A DNA stretch of 64,000 nucleotides from Thiomicrorhabdus sp. (lineage in GTDB: Bacteria > Pseudomonadota > Gammaproteobacteria > Thiomicrospirales > Thiomicrospiraceae): NCBI GenBank assembly GCA_963677355.2, contig CAXXXQ010000003.1:322364-386363 (forward strand), given 5' to 3'. The position numbers and the translations under genes are program-made. Shown piece after piece: positions 37,483-47,489 of the stretch (its first letter is position 1; every line of letters begins with the position of its first letter). Below the pieces are notes generated by a model, which was not told the origin of the DNA, searched no databases, and saw only the letters and a list, made by a program, of their open reading frames with translations.

Positions 37483-38985
37483 TTAATTGCTGCTGGTGCC
37501 GCTGTAGGAGAGAAGTTGGCCGATGGTTTGCGCCACTTCCGAAGGCATGACGCCGGGTTCGCCATGCTGGCGGGCAATGATGTCCCCGGCGTGAGCGTGC
37601 ACCGAGACCCCAAGGTTGGCTGCATCCCATAGTGAAAGTCCTTGGGCGAGAAAGCTGGCGATCGTGCCGGTTAAGACATCTCCCATACCGCCGACCGCCA
37701 TGCCGGCGTTCCCTGCCAAACAGATTTCCAGTTTTTCTTCGTCATAAATCAACGTGCCATTGCCTTTCAAGATGATGACTCCACCAAACCGGGCATGCAG
37801 TTTCTGTACCGCAGCGATGCGGTCGTTTTGAATCGTTTGGTTATCGCAATCTAATAGCTCGGCCGCCTCGCCCGGGTGCGGCGTTAGAATCCAATTGGCT
37901 TCGTTATGGGAAAGATCGATATTTTTCAAAAGTCGCAAAGCATCAGCATCAATCACCTTCGGCGAATGTGCATTGATCGATTGGCTGAAAACCTCCTCTG
38001 CCCACTCATCTTGACCTAATCCGGGGCCGATACCGATGGATTGGCATGATTCAATAATAGATTCGAGTCGGCTGCGCGGATAACACATCAGTTCGGGAAT
38101 GGCTTGGGTGATGGCCACAGCATGAGTTTTTCTAGTGATGATTTTAGTTAAACCGCTTCCCGACTTTAGACTTGCCAAGCCGGCCAGTTGAATGGCACCC
38201 ATCATGCTCTGGTTGCCGCCAATCAGACAGGTGCTACCTGCGGTGCCTTTATGATGAGAAGCTTTGCGCGGTGGCAGTTTGTTCAGCCAGTATTTCAACG
38301 GATGATTTTCCGCGAAGTGGGCATGCTGCTGATAGATTTGTTTGTCGATAAATAGTGAACTGAAATGCACCATACCGGAGTGTTCCTGTCCTTTGGCGGT
38401 GTGCAGTCCCGGTTTTTGGGTGATAAAAGTACAAGTATGTTGTGCTTGAATGGCTACGCCTTGAATAGCCCCGCTATCTGCATGGATGCCGCTCGGTATG
38501 TCGATGGCCAAGACCGGCTTCTGTGAAGCATTGATCTGTTGGATGGCCTCGGCATAAATACCGCTGATCGGTTTGCTTAATCCGGTTCCGAATAGGGCAT
38601 CGACAATAATATCAGCCTGTTCGATTAGCTCGTTTGTAAAGGGGTGTAACTGTAAACCCGCTTGCTGCATCTCTTCTAGCGCAAGTCTGGCGTCACCACT
38701 GATTTTTTGCGCATCGCCGATTACGCAAACCGTTACCGGGTAACCGTTGATGAGTGCATATTGCGCGACCACAAAACCGTCGCCGCCATTGTTGCCTGTG
38801 CCGCAAACCACCAATATCTTCCGGTTGTCTGCCTGGGTTGGCAATTCAGATTTTAGTAGCTGTTGTTGCAAAGTCTGAAAGGCAAACCAACCCGCCCGCT
38901 TCATTAACAGAATGCCGGGAATGCCATAATTATCTATGGCATCGCGATCAATGGCTTGAGAGGTTTTAGCGCTATAAAATTTCAT
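37483..38985 (-). CDS. nnr: bifunctional NAD(P)H-hydrate repair enzyme (epimerase/dehydratase)
   Basis: 500 aa with an N-terminal YjeF_N part (CGTGNNGGDG) and a C-terminal carbohydrate-kinase-like part (GGMGDVLTG). Confidence 0.9.
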   Translation of the reverse strand: MKFYSAKTSQAIDRDAIDNYGIPGILLMKRAGWFAFQTLQQQLLKSELPTQADNRKILVVCGTGNNGGDGFVVAQYALINGYPVTVCVIGDAQKISGDARLALEEMQQAGLQLHPFTNELIEQADIIVDALFGTGLSKPISGIYAEAIQQINASQKPVLAIDIPSGIHADSGAIQGVAIQAQHTCTFITQKPGLHTAKGQEHSGMVHFSSLFIDKQIYQQHAHFAENHPLKYWLNKLPPRKASHHKGTAGSTCLIGGNQSMMGAIQLAGLASLKSGSGLTKIITRKTHAVAITQAIPELMCYPRSRLESIIESCQSIGIGPGLGQDEWAEEVFSQSINAHSPKVIDADALRLLKNIDLSHNEANWILTPHPGEAAELLDCDNQTIQNDRIAAVQKLHARFGGVIILKGNGTLIYDEEKLEICLAGNAGMAVGGMGDVLTGTIASFLAQGLSLWDAANLGVSVHAHAGDIIARQHGEPGVMPSEVAQTIGQLLSYSGTSSN

Positions 38986-39048
38986 GGGTTTTACTTTATC
39001 ACAGCGCTATCGAAGTGCTTTATATTTTTAGTTTGGTTCTGGTCTCGA

Positions 39049-39816
39049 TTACACAAACCAGATTAATAACACCAGACCGAAGAGGATGCGGTAGATACCG
39101 AAAGCATTGAAGGTGAACTTCTGTAGGAATTTGATGAACAGGCTCATGGTCAGGTAAGCGACGATATAAGCCATGACGAATCCGACTAAAAGCGGCATCC
39201 AACTGGTGTTGGCAAATTCTGAGTAATTTTTCAGTAGGTCCAGTCCGGAGGCCGCTGCCAGAACCGGCAAAGCCAGCAGGAAAGAGAATTCGGCTGAAGT
39301 TTTGCGATCCAGTCCGACCATAATGCCGCCGACAATCGAGGCACCGGCACGACTGGTTCCGGGAATTAAGGCAAACATCTGCGCAATCCCGATCCAAAAA
39401 GCTTGCTTGATACTTAAATCATCAATGTCGTGAGTGCGGTGTGTGCCTTCGTTATAGAGTTTTTCCATAATCAGGAAAATGATCCCGCCGATGATAAACA
39501 TCCAGGCAACGATCGCAAGGGTAAAGAACTCTTTGACGAGATCGTGGAACAGAAAGCCGATCGCCGCAATCGGAATAAAGGCGATCAAAACATTCAGCCA
39601 AAGCCTGATATGCTCCAGGGAAAACTTGGATTTGTAATGCGAGAAGATAGCCAGAATTGCCGCCACCTGAATAATGACTTCAAATGCCATGTTTTGCTGG
39701 GTTTGCTCAATGCCTAACCATTCGCTGACGACAATCAGATGCCCGGTTGAGGAGATCGGTAAAAATTCCGTTAGCCCTTCAATAATGCCGAGTATGGCCG
39801 CTTGAAAGATATCCAT
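39049..39816 (-). CDS. uppP: undecaprenyl-diphosphate phosphatase
   Basis: [17 protein letters not shown] and PGTSRAG motifs in a polytopic membrane protein. Confidence 0.95.
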   Translation of the reverse strand: MDIFQAAILGIIEGLTEFLPISSTGHLIVVSEWLGIEQTQQNMAFEVIIQVAAILAIFSHYKSKFSLEHIRLWLNVLIAFIPIAAIGFLFHDLVKEFFTLAIVAWMFIIGGIIFLIMEKLYNEGTHRTHDIDDLSIKQAFWIGIAQMFALIPGTSRAGASIVGGIMVGLDRKTSAEFSFLLALPVLAAASGLDLLKNYSEFANTSWMPLLVGFVMAYIVAYLTMSLFIKFLQKFTFNAFGIYRILFGLVLLIWFV

Positions 39817-39842
39817 GTTTGCCCCTTATGCCCGTTTTTGGA

Positions 39843-41051
39843 TTAAAGTTGGTGACGCAGATCCCTCACGGAAAAACCGATCAGGGATTCGTTGTAGTTT
39901 TTCGCCAAACCGATGACTTTGAAGTTTTCGCCCATTTCGTCCGGTAAGGTCAAGGTTTTGATCTGTTGTGCGATCTTAAGCTGCTCGGTAACGTCCGCGT
40001 CAGGATCTGCCGACATCTCCAATAAGCCGCTGGCCATCAAAAAGTGAGCCTGGGTGGTGTAACCGGCCACTTTGAAACCGCTGTCAAAAGCGTCTTCCGC
40101 AATCGCGGTAAAATCCACATGGGCGGTAATGTCCTGTAGTCCCGGGTAGAAGAACGGATTGCTGTGTGCCCGGTGCTGATAATGACAGCGCAAGGTTCCC
40201 ATGACTCGTGCCGGTTGATAATATTCGCGACGGGTATACCCGTAGTCAATCAATAAAACGACCCCTTCAGAGAGAATATTGCTCAGGCTGCTTAACCACG
40301 GTTTGATATTGAGGTTAAACTCTGTTTCATAGCCGAGGTCGGAAACCTTGTCGAGATGTTTGATCAGTTGGTTGGCAAAGGTTCTTAAGGTTCTATCGGT
40401 AATGGGTCGGTAATCCCAATCGAAGCTTTGTGTTTCATCGTCAAATTTCACAAAACCTTGTAGTGCGCTATCCGGTTCGATGCGGATACGTTCAAAGGGC
40501 ATGGCGTCTAATACTTCATTAGCCACAATCACTGCTGAAATCGGTGTAGTCGGCAGGCTGTTAAGCCAGACGATTTTGTTGAACAGCTCTGCTGGCAGAT
40601 GTGTTTGCAGAGTCTGTCTCTGTCTCTCTTTAAGGTCTGCGCTGATTTCGATAATGTAGTAATGTTCGATGGGCTGCTCAATTTTTTCCAGTTCAAGCAA
40701 AATGTCTTTTGCCATGGTGCCTTGCCCGGCGCCAAATTCAATGATGTTTGGTTCAGCGAGTTTGCTAAGTACTTGAGCCGCTTGGCGGGCAATGCAGCGG
40801 GAAAAAATCGGCGAGACTTCCGGGGCAGTAATAAAATCGCCTTTACGACCTATTTTTTGCAAAGCTCCGGCGTAGTAACCGAGCTCCGGCGTATATAAGG
40901 CCATTTCCATAAATTTGGAGAAGCTTAGTTCTCCTTGTCTCTTTAACTGTTTCGAGATTCGTTTAGTGAGTAGCGCGCTGTGCTGTTTGGCTTCTTCCGA
41001 TGGTTCCGGAAGATTTTTGACAGAGTTATTGGGTCTGTTGGCTGCTTTCAT
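39843..41051 (-). CDS. SAM-dependent methyltransferase, MidA/NDUFAF7 (DUF185) family
   Basis: GDFITAPEVSPIF and EFGAGQGT motifs, and size about 400 aa. Confidence 0.8.
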   Translation of the reverse strand: MKAANRPNNSVKNLPEPSEEAKQHSALLTKRISKQLKRQGELSFSKFMEMALYTPELGYYAGALQKIGRKGDFITAPEVSPIFSRCIARQAAQVLSKLAEPNIIEFGAGQGTMAKDILLELEKIEQPIEHYYIIEISADLKERQRQTLQTHLPAELFNKIVWLNSLPTTPISAVIVANEVLDAMPFERIRIEPDSALQGFVKFDDETQSFDWDYRPITDRTLRTFANQLIKHLDKVSDLGYETEFNLNIKPWLSSLSNILSEGVVLLIDYGYTRREYYQPARVMGTLRCHYQHRAHSNPFFYPGLQDITAHVDFTAIAEDAFDSGFKVAGYTTQAHFLMASGLLEMSADPDADVTEQLKIAQQIKTLTLPDEMGENFKVIGLAKNYNESLIGFSVRDLRHQL

Positions 41052-41284
41052 TCAGAATCTCAATTGTGTGCGTATGACTTGATGTCACGAGGTCAGTTAT
41101 CGGTTTTGGTGTGATATTATGCATCAAACATTAAATAACAACCAGTGGCTATTGATTCGAATGCAGTAAGCTGGAAGGAAAATTGCTTTATCCTGTAATG
41201 TTGTTAGTGAGGCCATTGGAGAGTGGTTAAATTTGCCACCTGCAATGAGTCTTAATATTAGTCTTCTTATAATTGAGATTTTGC

Positions 41285-41749
41285 ATGAAAGTCGGAATTA
41301 AAAAAGTTCATGAAAACGAGTGGTCGGTGCATATCGGAAACGCCGCCGTTAAGTTGGATCATTTTTCGGTTGCGCTATTGAATATTACGCTTGAACATCT
41401 GCTTGCCCTTGAACACGGCGACGAACATTCGACTTTAGATAGTTATATCAGTTTAGGCTTGCGAATGAAGTCGCTCAAACCGGTTGATCTGCAAAAGTTT
41501 ATGCAAATCTTGAATAATAAAGATGTACTTAACTTGATGTTGGTCGCCAGAGATCATGAGTTGAACGACTTGGTGATGGAAAATATCGGCGGGATTTTGG
41601 CAAAACAGTTCGATGCCGATTTAGCCAGTTCGACCATGCCGAGCGAAGAAGAGGCTAAGATCTCTATTAAAAATATCGTTGAAAAGATGTTTGAGCAGGA
41701 AGCGCAAGGCAGGCTTGAGGTGTTAAGTGAAGACACTCGCTATATTTAA
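41285..41749 (+). CDS. small FliG C-terminal-domain-like (MgtE_N-like) protein, paralog 1
   Basis: 154 aa. The segment DLQKFMQILNNKDVLNLMLVARDHELNDLVMENIGGILAKQFDADLAS follows the FliG_C pattern (vd.r.iq..l.ev....la.alk.a.eel.e.vl.NmS.r.a..l.eDl). Paralogous to the next gene along its whole length. Confidence 0.5.
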   Translation: MKVGIKKVHENEWSVHIGNAAVKLDHFSVALLNITLEHLLALEHGDEHSTLDSYISLGLRMKSLKPVDLQKFMQILNNKDVLNLMLVARDHELNDLVMENIGGILAKQFDADLASSTMPSEEEAKISIKNIVEKMFEQEAQGRLEVLSEDTRYI

Positions 41750-41782
41750 TGACTCATAATGAAATGAATCGGGGTAAAAGAG

Positions 41783-42253
41783 ATGGAAATCACTGCAAAC
41801 CGTAATAAAAAAGGTGTTTATCAGTTGGAAATCGGTCCGGTGACTTTTGCATTGAGTCAAGAAGTGGTCGAAGGGTTGCGAAAAGTAATTGATCAACGCC
41901 TGAATCAAGGCAACGAAATTGATGCCGAGAATTTGAAACGTAAATTGGAAGCTTATAGAGCGCTGGCTTCGAAAATGATTGGCGTGGATGATCGTATTGT
42001 GCAGCAATTCGCGCCGCAAGTAACGCCGGAGCAACTGGTGACTTTGGTTAGGTTGGCCGACGGAGACGAGCTGTACGAAAAGGTTTTGAGGAACTTGTCG
42101 AAACAGAATCGTCGCCAGTTTGAAGAGGATTATGCTGCACTGGACAAGATTACCGAGCATAACGCCTGCATCTATATGGAACAGCTGGTGCCTTTAATTA
42201 AGACCGCCGCAGAGCAGCAAAAAGCCTTGATGAATGAGTTAATCGGCCGTTAA
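41783..42253 (+). CDS. small FliG C-terminal-domain-like (MgtE_N-like) protein, paralog 2
   Basis: 156 aa. VDDRIVQQFAPQVTPEQLVTLVRLADGDELYEKVLRNLSKQNRRQFEEDYAALDKI aligns by eye with the NMSxRaa..l..Dl region of the FliG C-domain. Confidence 0.55.
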   Translation: MEITANRNKKGVYQLEIGPVTFALSQEVVEGLRKVIDQRLNQGNEIDAENLKRKLEAYRALASKMIGVDDRIVQQFAPQVTPEQLVTLVRLADGDELYEKVLRNLSKQNRRQFEEDYAALDKITEHNACIYMEQLVPLIKTAAEQQKALMNELIGR

Positions 42254-42280
42254 CTTAATCTTTGAGTTTGTTCGCTTTGG

Positions 42281-42667
42281 TTAGGATTTCTTAAAGCGAG
42301 TGATCTTAATGCCGACCGTATCGGTTGCTTCCACCGCATGCGGTTTACTGACTTTCAATCGAATGACCTGAACCGCCGAATGGTGGGCGAAAATGTGTTG
42401 ACAGATCGCTTCGCACAATGCTTCCAATAGCTCGTAGCGGCTTTGGGTCACCAATTCGACAACTTCATCCGATACCTGTTTATAGTTTACGGTGTCTTCA
42501 ATATTGTCGCTTTGCGCTGCATCGAAAATCGGCAAATCCATTTCGATATCAAATAGCAAAGGTTGGCGCTGTTCTCTTTCCCAATCGTAGATGCCGATAA
42601 TGGCTTGTGTTTTCAGGCCTTCTATATAGACCGTGTCCAAAGGTTGGTTTGCAAGTTGTGCCGTCAT
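42281..42667 (-). CDS. folB: dihydroneopterin aldolase
   Basis: Start at MTAQLANQPLDTVYIEGL (aa 11 of the listed ORF). IGIYDWEREQRQPLLFDIEM matches the FolB signature region. Confidence 0.9.
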   Translation of the reverse strand: MTAQLANQPLDTVYIEGLKTQAIIGIYDWEREQRQPLLFDIEMDLPIFDAAQSDNIEDTVNYKQVSDEVVELVTQSRYELLEALCEAICQHIFAHHSAVQVIRLKVSKPHAVEATDTVGIKITRFKKS

Positions 42668-42775
42668 TGATTTGCCTTTAGCGGTTGCCGAGCGCAATAA
42701 AATTAAAACTGAACCTATTATCTACTTCTAGTAAAATCATGCAATTGTTTTAAACAGAGGCCAAAAGGGCGTTAA

Positions 42776-43396
42776 ATGGAATTACAAAATCTTATCTTTA
42801 TTGCTGCTTCATACCTGTTAGGCTCGATTTCCACAGCTATTATTGTCTGTCGTCTGATGGGCTTGGGTGATCCAAGAGAGGGCGGGTCGGGAAACCCGGG
42901 GGCGACCAATGTATTGCGAATTGGGGGTGAGAAAGGTAAAAAAGCGGCGGCGATTACTCTGTTTGGCGATGTTTTAAAAGGTTTGTTGCCGGTACTGTTG
43001 GCGCACGCCCTAGGGCTTGAACCTTTGATGGTTATTTTGGTTGGTTTTGCCGCCTTTGTCGGTCACCTCTATCCGGTGTTTTTCGGCTTTAAGGGCGGGA
43101 AAGGCGTTGCTACCATGCTGGGCGTGATGTTCGGTTTGTCGTTCTGGATCGGTTTGGCAGTGGCGGTAACTTGGTTATTTGTTGCCAAGGTTCTGAAAAT
43201 TTCATCGCTTTCGGCGCTAATTGCGACGATTCTTGCTCCCATTTATATCTGGTTTCTTTCAGGTGAGTTTGATTGGGTTTGGGTAACGGCGGTGATGACC
43301 GTGATTCTATTCTGGCGACACCGCGGCAATATTCAGCGATTGCTAAATGGTGAAGAGAGTTTGATTAAGGTAAAAAATGAAGACAAAGCTGAATAG
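42776..43396 (+). CDS. plsY: glycerol-3-phosphate acyltransferase PlsY
   Basis: YLLGSIS, GSGNPGATNV and FKGGKGVAT motifs. Divergent from folB as in E. coli. Confidence 0.95.
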   Translation: MELQNLIFIAASYLLGSISTAIIVCRLMGLGDPREGGSGNPGATNVLRIGGEKGKKAAAITLFGDVLKGLLPVLLAHALGLEPLMVILVGFAAFVGHLYPVFFGFKGGKGVATMLGVMFGLSFWIGLAVAVTWLFVAKVLKISSLSALIATILAPIYIWFLSGEFDWVWVTAVMTVILFWRHRGNIQRLLNGEESLIKVKNEDKAE

Positions 43397-43452
43397 TTCT
43401 AGAAAAAAATATTTTGTTAATTACTTAACTGCTTATCTAACTTAATTAAAAA

Positions 43453-43480
43453 AGCCGCTCCAGAATGAGCGGCTTTTTTG
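43453..43480. terminator. bidirectional intrinsic terminator between plsY and tsaD
   Basis: AAAAAAGCCGCTC-cagaat-GAGCGGCTTTTTT lies between the convergent stops at 43396 and 43509. Confidence 0.8.
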
Positions 43481-43508
43481 TATCTGTTGATTGCTTGAAT
43501 TGTTTATT

Positions 43509-44534
43509 TTATATTGCTTCCAACTCTTCTAGTGACCAGCGTGGCGTGGCGGCAAAGTTCAGGTCGGTAGTTTGTCCGGCCTGTAAACGTTGTGCGCCGG
43601 CGTAGGCAATCATGGCGCCATTGTCGGTGCAGAACTCCAGTCGCGGATAAAAAGCTTCGCCTTTGCGTTTGGCCATGAGTTGGTTCAGCTTGCTGCGAAT
43701 TTCTCGGTTGGCACTGACGCCGCCGGAAACAACCAGACGATTCAATCCTTCCTGCTCCAAAGCTCGTTTGCATTTAATGGTTAAGGTGTCGGCAACGGCC
43801 AGTTCAAAAGCACGGCAGATGTCGGCTTTAGTCTGTTCGCTGGCGTCATTCTCTTTCTGGGCTTTTTGCCAGGTATTCAAGGTGTAGGTCTTTAAACCGC
43901 TGAAGCTCATGTCTAAGCCCGGGCGGTCTACCATCGGGCGCGGAAATTTGTAGCGGTCGGTTTGCCCTTTCAGGGCTAGGTTGGAAACGTTCGGTCCGCC
44001 CGGGTAACCCAGTTCCAACAGTTTGGCGGTTTTGTCGAAAGCTTCCCCGGCGGCATCGTCCAACGTGTCGCCAAGCAATTTATACTGCCCGATGCCGTCA
44101 ACGCGAATGATCATGCTGTGGCCGCCGGAGATCAGTAGGCAGATGAAGGGAAATTCCGGTTGATTATCCTCCAGCATCGGTGCCAGAAGGTGGCCTTCCA
44201 TATGGTGAACACCGATGGCCGGAATATTCAAGGCATAAGCCATGCTGCGGGCAACCGATGAGCCGGCTAACAGCGCACCGATTAAGCCGGGACCTTTGGT
44301 ATAGGCTATACCGTCCAAGTCTCGGTTTTGGATACCGGCCTGGTTGAGCGTTTCCTGAATCAAAGGCGCTAATTTGCGGATGTGGTCACGCGAGGCCAGT
44401 TCCGGGACGACGCCGCCATATTGGGCGTGAAGTTCAATTTGAGTGTACAGAGTGTGGGCAATCAAGCCGTTTTCGGTGTCGTAAACCGCCACTCCGGTCT
44501 CGTCGCATGAACTTTCAATTCCAAGTACTAACAT
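43509..44534 (-). CDS. tsaD: tRNA N6-adenosine threonylcarbamoyltransferase
   Basis: [19 protein letters not shown] and SGGVSAN motifs. Confidence 0.95.
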   Translation of the reverse strand: MLVLGIESSCDETGVAVYDTENGLIAHTLYTQIELHAQYGGVVPELASRDHIRKLAPLIQETLNQAGIQNRDLDGIAYTKGPGLIGALLAGSSVARSMAYALNIPAIGVHHMEGHLLAPMLEDNQPEFPFICLLISGGHSMIIRVDGIGQYKLLGDTLDDAAGEAFDKTAKLLELGYPGGPNVSNLALKGQTDRYKFPRPMVDRPGLDMSFSGLKTYTLNTWQKAQKENDASEQTKADICRAFELAVADTLTIKCKRALEQEGLNRLVVSGGVSANREIRSKLNQLMAKRKGEAFYPRLEFCTDNGAMIAYAGAQRLQAGQTTDLNFAATPRWSLEELEAI

Positions 44535-44607
44535 CGCCTCATTCTTTCAATCTTTATCAAAGTGGCTGAATTTTAACAAAGTTTCCTAAAATTTATCGGA
44601 AAAAGGT

Positions 44608-44636
44608 TTGCAAATCCTTGTTCAGAAAATTATAAT
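44608..44636 (+). promoter_or_regulatory. near-consensus sigma70 promoter upstream of rpsU
   Basis: TTGCAA (44608..44613), exactly 17 nt of spacer, then TATAAT (44631..44636). About 75 nt upstream of the rpsU ATG. Confidence 0.55.
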
Positions 44637-44712
44637 TCGCCTTTTCTCCACTTCCCATTTCTTGCGTGGGGCAAAAGTGGCAACAGAATTCAAAAATTTA
44701 ATAGGTAAAATT

Positions 44713-44928
44713 ATGCCAAGCGTAAAAATCAGAGATACTGAACCATTTGACGTAGCTTTACGTCGTTTTAAGCGTGCTTGTGAAAAAGCAGGCGTTCTAA
44801 CTGAAACTCGTAAACGTGAGTATTACGAGAAGCCAACTTGGGCTAAAAAGCGCATGAAAGCTGCCGCTGTTAAGCGTCTAGCTAAGCGTCTTTCTCGCGA
44901 AAACCGTCGTACAACTCGTATGTACTAA
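44713..44928 (+). CDS. rpsU: 30S ribosomal protein S21
   Basis: [28 protein letters not shown]..., 71 aa. The listed ORF 44608..44928 is a spurious 5' extension. Confidence 0.97.
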   Translation: MPSVKIRDTEPFDVALRRFKRACEKAGVLTETRKREYYEKPTWAKKRMKAAAVKRLAKRLSRENRRTTRMY

Positions 44929-44942
44929 TAGGCGGAAAGTTA

Positions 44943-45392
44943 GTGTCTGAATTAAAACAAACATTAACGGCTGAAATGAAAGCCTGCATGAAAGCGAAAG
45001 ATAAAAATCGCTTGGGTGTGGTGCGTTCGCTTTTAGCAGCTATCAAACAGGTTGAGATTGATAATCAAACGACATTAGAAGATGACGCTGAAGTGCTTGC
45101 CATTTTAGATAAGGCAATGAAGCAGCGTAAAGATTCTCATCAGCAGTATGTGGACGCAGATCGTCCTGACTTAGCTGAGCAAGAAGCCTATGAGATGTCT
45201 GTGATTCAGGATTTCATGCCGCAAGCCTTAACCGAAGAAGAAATCAGTGCTCTGATTGACGAAGCAATGACTGCGACCGGCGCTAGCTCCATGCAAGACA
45301 TGGGGAAAGTCATGGGGGTGTTAAAACCTCAGATGCAAGGTCGTGCCGATATGGGCGAAGTCAGTAAGTTAATCAAAGCAAAATTAGGTTAA
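44943..45392 (+). CDS. yqeY: GatB/YqeY domain protein
   Basis: 149 aa with a GTG start after GGAAAG. YqeY-type helical protein (L...MK.AMKAKD..R....R.L.A.IK). Confidence 0.85.
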   Translation: MSELKQTLTAEMKACMKAKDKNRLGVVRSLLAAIKQVEIDNQTTLEDDAEVLAILDKAMKQRKDSHQQYVDADRPDLAEQEAYEMSVIQDFMPQALTEEEISALIDEAMTATGASSMQDMGKVMGVLKPQMQGRADMGEVSKLIKAKLG

Positions 45393-45437
45393 AGCTGAAT
45401 AGACGTCAAAACTCTATTCGTTTAGACACTGCCTTTT

Positions 45438-45472
45438 AAACCCGTTGATCATTTTGATCTGCGGGTTTTTTG
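45438..45472 (+). terminator. intrinsic terminator/attenuator between yqeY and dnaG
   Basis: AAACCCG-tt-GATCA-ttt-TGATC-tg-CGGGTTT followed by a T-run. Confidence 0.65.
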
Positions 45473-45524
45473 CGTTTTAAGGCCTGTGTATAAGTCGTGT
45501 AATTTCTGTGGATAAATGGTAACT

Positions 45525-47303
45525 ATGGCAGAACAAGCTGGAAGTATTCCGCGTTCGTTTATCGAGTCTCTATTGGCTCGAGCGGATATTGTGCAAGTCA
45601 TAAACAACCGTGTGCCGTTGAAAAAGGCGGGTAATAGCTATAAAGCTTGTTGTCCGTTCCATGATGAGAAAACCCCTTCCTTCAATGTCAGTCAAACCAA
45701 ACAGTTTTATCACTGCTTTGGTTGCGGAGCCAGTGGCGATGCGTTGAAATTTTTAATGGATTACGATGGTCTCTCTTTTGTTGAGGCTGTGGAGGCTCTG
45801 GCCGCACAATACGGCATGGAAGTACCGCGGGAAAAAGTCTCGCCGGCACGTCAAAAAGAGCAGCAGGAAAGACAGCAGAAGCAACGCGATCTCTATGATG
45901 TCATGCATATGGTGGCTAAATTCTATCGCCACCAATTGCGAGACCACGCGACCTCCGAGCAAGCTAAGGCTTATCTGCGTCAGCGCGGCTTGAGTCCGCA
46001 AATCGCCAAAGAGTTTGTCATCGGCTATGCACCGGATGGTTGGGATACGCTGATCAAAGGGTTGCAGGCCGATCAGCGTTTGCAGGCACAGCTAACTGAA
46101 GTGGGCATGCTGGTTCATAAAGAAAACGGCAAAATTTACGACCGATTTCGAGAACGAATTATGTTTCCTATTCGTGATGGCCGGGGACGGGTTATCGCTT
46201 TTGGCGGACGCATTCTCGGTGATGGTCAGCCTAAATATCTCAACTCACCGGAAACGCCGATATTTCATAAAAGCAACACGCTTTACGGCCTGTTTGAGAT
46301 GCGCCAGTCCCGAGAAAAATTCGATCATATTCTGGTGGTTGAAGGCTATATGGATGTGGTGGCGCTGGCGCAGTTTGGTATTCGCAATGCGGTGGCCACT
46401 TTGGGAACAGCGACGACAATAGAGCATCTTGAGTTGTTGTTTCGTCATGTACAGGAAGTGGTTTTTTGCTTTGACGGTGACGCGGCTGGTTTAAAGGCGG
46501 CGTGGAAAGCGTTAGAGCTGGTTCTGCCGATGATGGAAAAAGAACGTTCGGTGAAGTTTTTGTTCCTTGCGGAAGGAGAGGATCCGGATTCAACAGTTCG
46601 TAAAGAAGGTGTTGAGGGCTTTACAAGACGTATTAAAGAAGCTTTGTCTTTGTCTGATTTTCTGATTAACGGTTTGCAGGGCAAGCTTTCCTACCCTGTG
46701 CAATCAATAGAGGGTCGGCAGCAGTTGGTGGCGATGGCCGAACCTTATGTACGCTCGGCTCACGGACTTTACCAATTCCTGTTGGCGGAAGGCATTGCCG
46801 AATTGGTGGGTTTACCGACTTGGCGGGTCGAAAAACAGATGAATGTGCGTTCCGGTTTTGCCGACTTTAAAAAGCAGCCGAGCAGCAAGCAAAAACCGGT
46901 TCAAGAGGCGACGGTTAAGCCGGTGATGACAATGCCGTTAATTGTCCTGAGGGTATTGCTAAAAAGACCGTTGTGGGCCGAAGTTTTTAATCAGGAGTTG
47001 GTCGAAGACTTGCTTCGTTCTCCGCAGCCGGATTACCGGGCGTTAGGTGCGTTTATAAAAGTTTTGCAACAGAGTAATTTTATTGTCGAGCCAGCTATGC
47101 AGAACTTGGCGGATGCCGGTTATCAGGGGTATCTTTCACTGGTTCAGACATCGGAAATCCCTAATGAGGACGGCTTTTTACAAGCGGAGTTTGAAGCCGG
47201 GATTGTCGCCATTGCGGCGAGCATGGATGAGAACAAATTAGGCAAGCGAGGTTGGAGTCCTGAGGAAATGTTTAAACTTCAGAACTTGATTCGCAATAAA
47301 TAG
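45525..47303 (+). CDS. dnaG: DNA primase
   Basis: Zinc ribbon CCPFHDEKTPSF..QFYHCFGCGASGD, and a TOPRIM region VVEGYMDVV and FDGDAAG. ATG at 45525 preferred (MAEQAGSIPRSFIE, compare E. coli MAGRIPRVFI). Confidence 0.95.
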   Translation: MAEQAGSIPRSFIESLLARADIVQVINNRVPLKKAGNSYKACCPFHDEKTPSFNVSQTKQFYHCFGCGASGDALKFLMDYDGLSFVEAVEALAAQYGMEVPREKVSPARQKEQQERQQKQRDLYDVMHMVAKFYRHQLRDHATSEQAKAYLRQRGLSPQIAKEFVIGYAPDGWDTLIKGLQADQRLQAQLTEVGMLVHKENGKIYDRFRERIMFPIRDGRGRVIAFGGRILGDGQPKYLNSPETPIFHKSNTLYGLFEMRQSREKFDHILVVEGYMDVVALAQFGIRNAVATLGTATTIEHLELLFRHVQEVVFCFDGDAAGLKAAWKALELVLPMMEKERSVKFLFLAEGEDPDSTVRKEGVEGFTRRIKEALSLSDFLINGLQGKLSYPVQSIEGRQQLVAMAEPYVRSAHGLYQFLLAEGIAELVGLPTWRVEKQMNVRSGFADFKKQPSSKQKPVQEATVKPVMTMPLIVLRVLLKRPLWAEVFNQELVEDLLRSPQPDYRALGAFIKVLQQSNFIVEPAMQNLADAGYQGYLSLVQTSEIPNEDGFLQAEFEAGIVAIAASMDENKLGKRGWSPEEMFKLQNLIRNK

Positions 47304-47489
47304 TCCCTATTTAAAATCAGTAAAAGTCTAATATTCGCTAAATAGCTCATATTTAAGAATAAAAACTGATTTTTAAACATTTTGAACGTGAATTTTAGTA
47401 TAATTGCGCGTTACTTTTTTTAAGGTGGTCTGTCGGTTTAGGCAGAAAAATAAAGAAAGCACCGAATTAAAACGATATTGAGGCAAAGC

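Noticed and set aside
39020-39397. 125-aa ORF in an alternative frame of uppP
   Set aside because: Same strand and region as uppP, whose frame carries the diagnostic BacA motifs. The alternative frame is Arg/Cys-rich nonsense.
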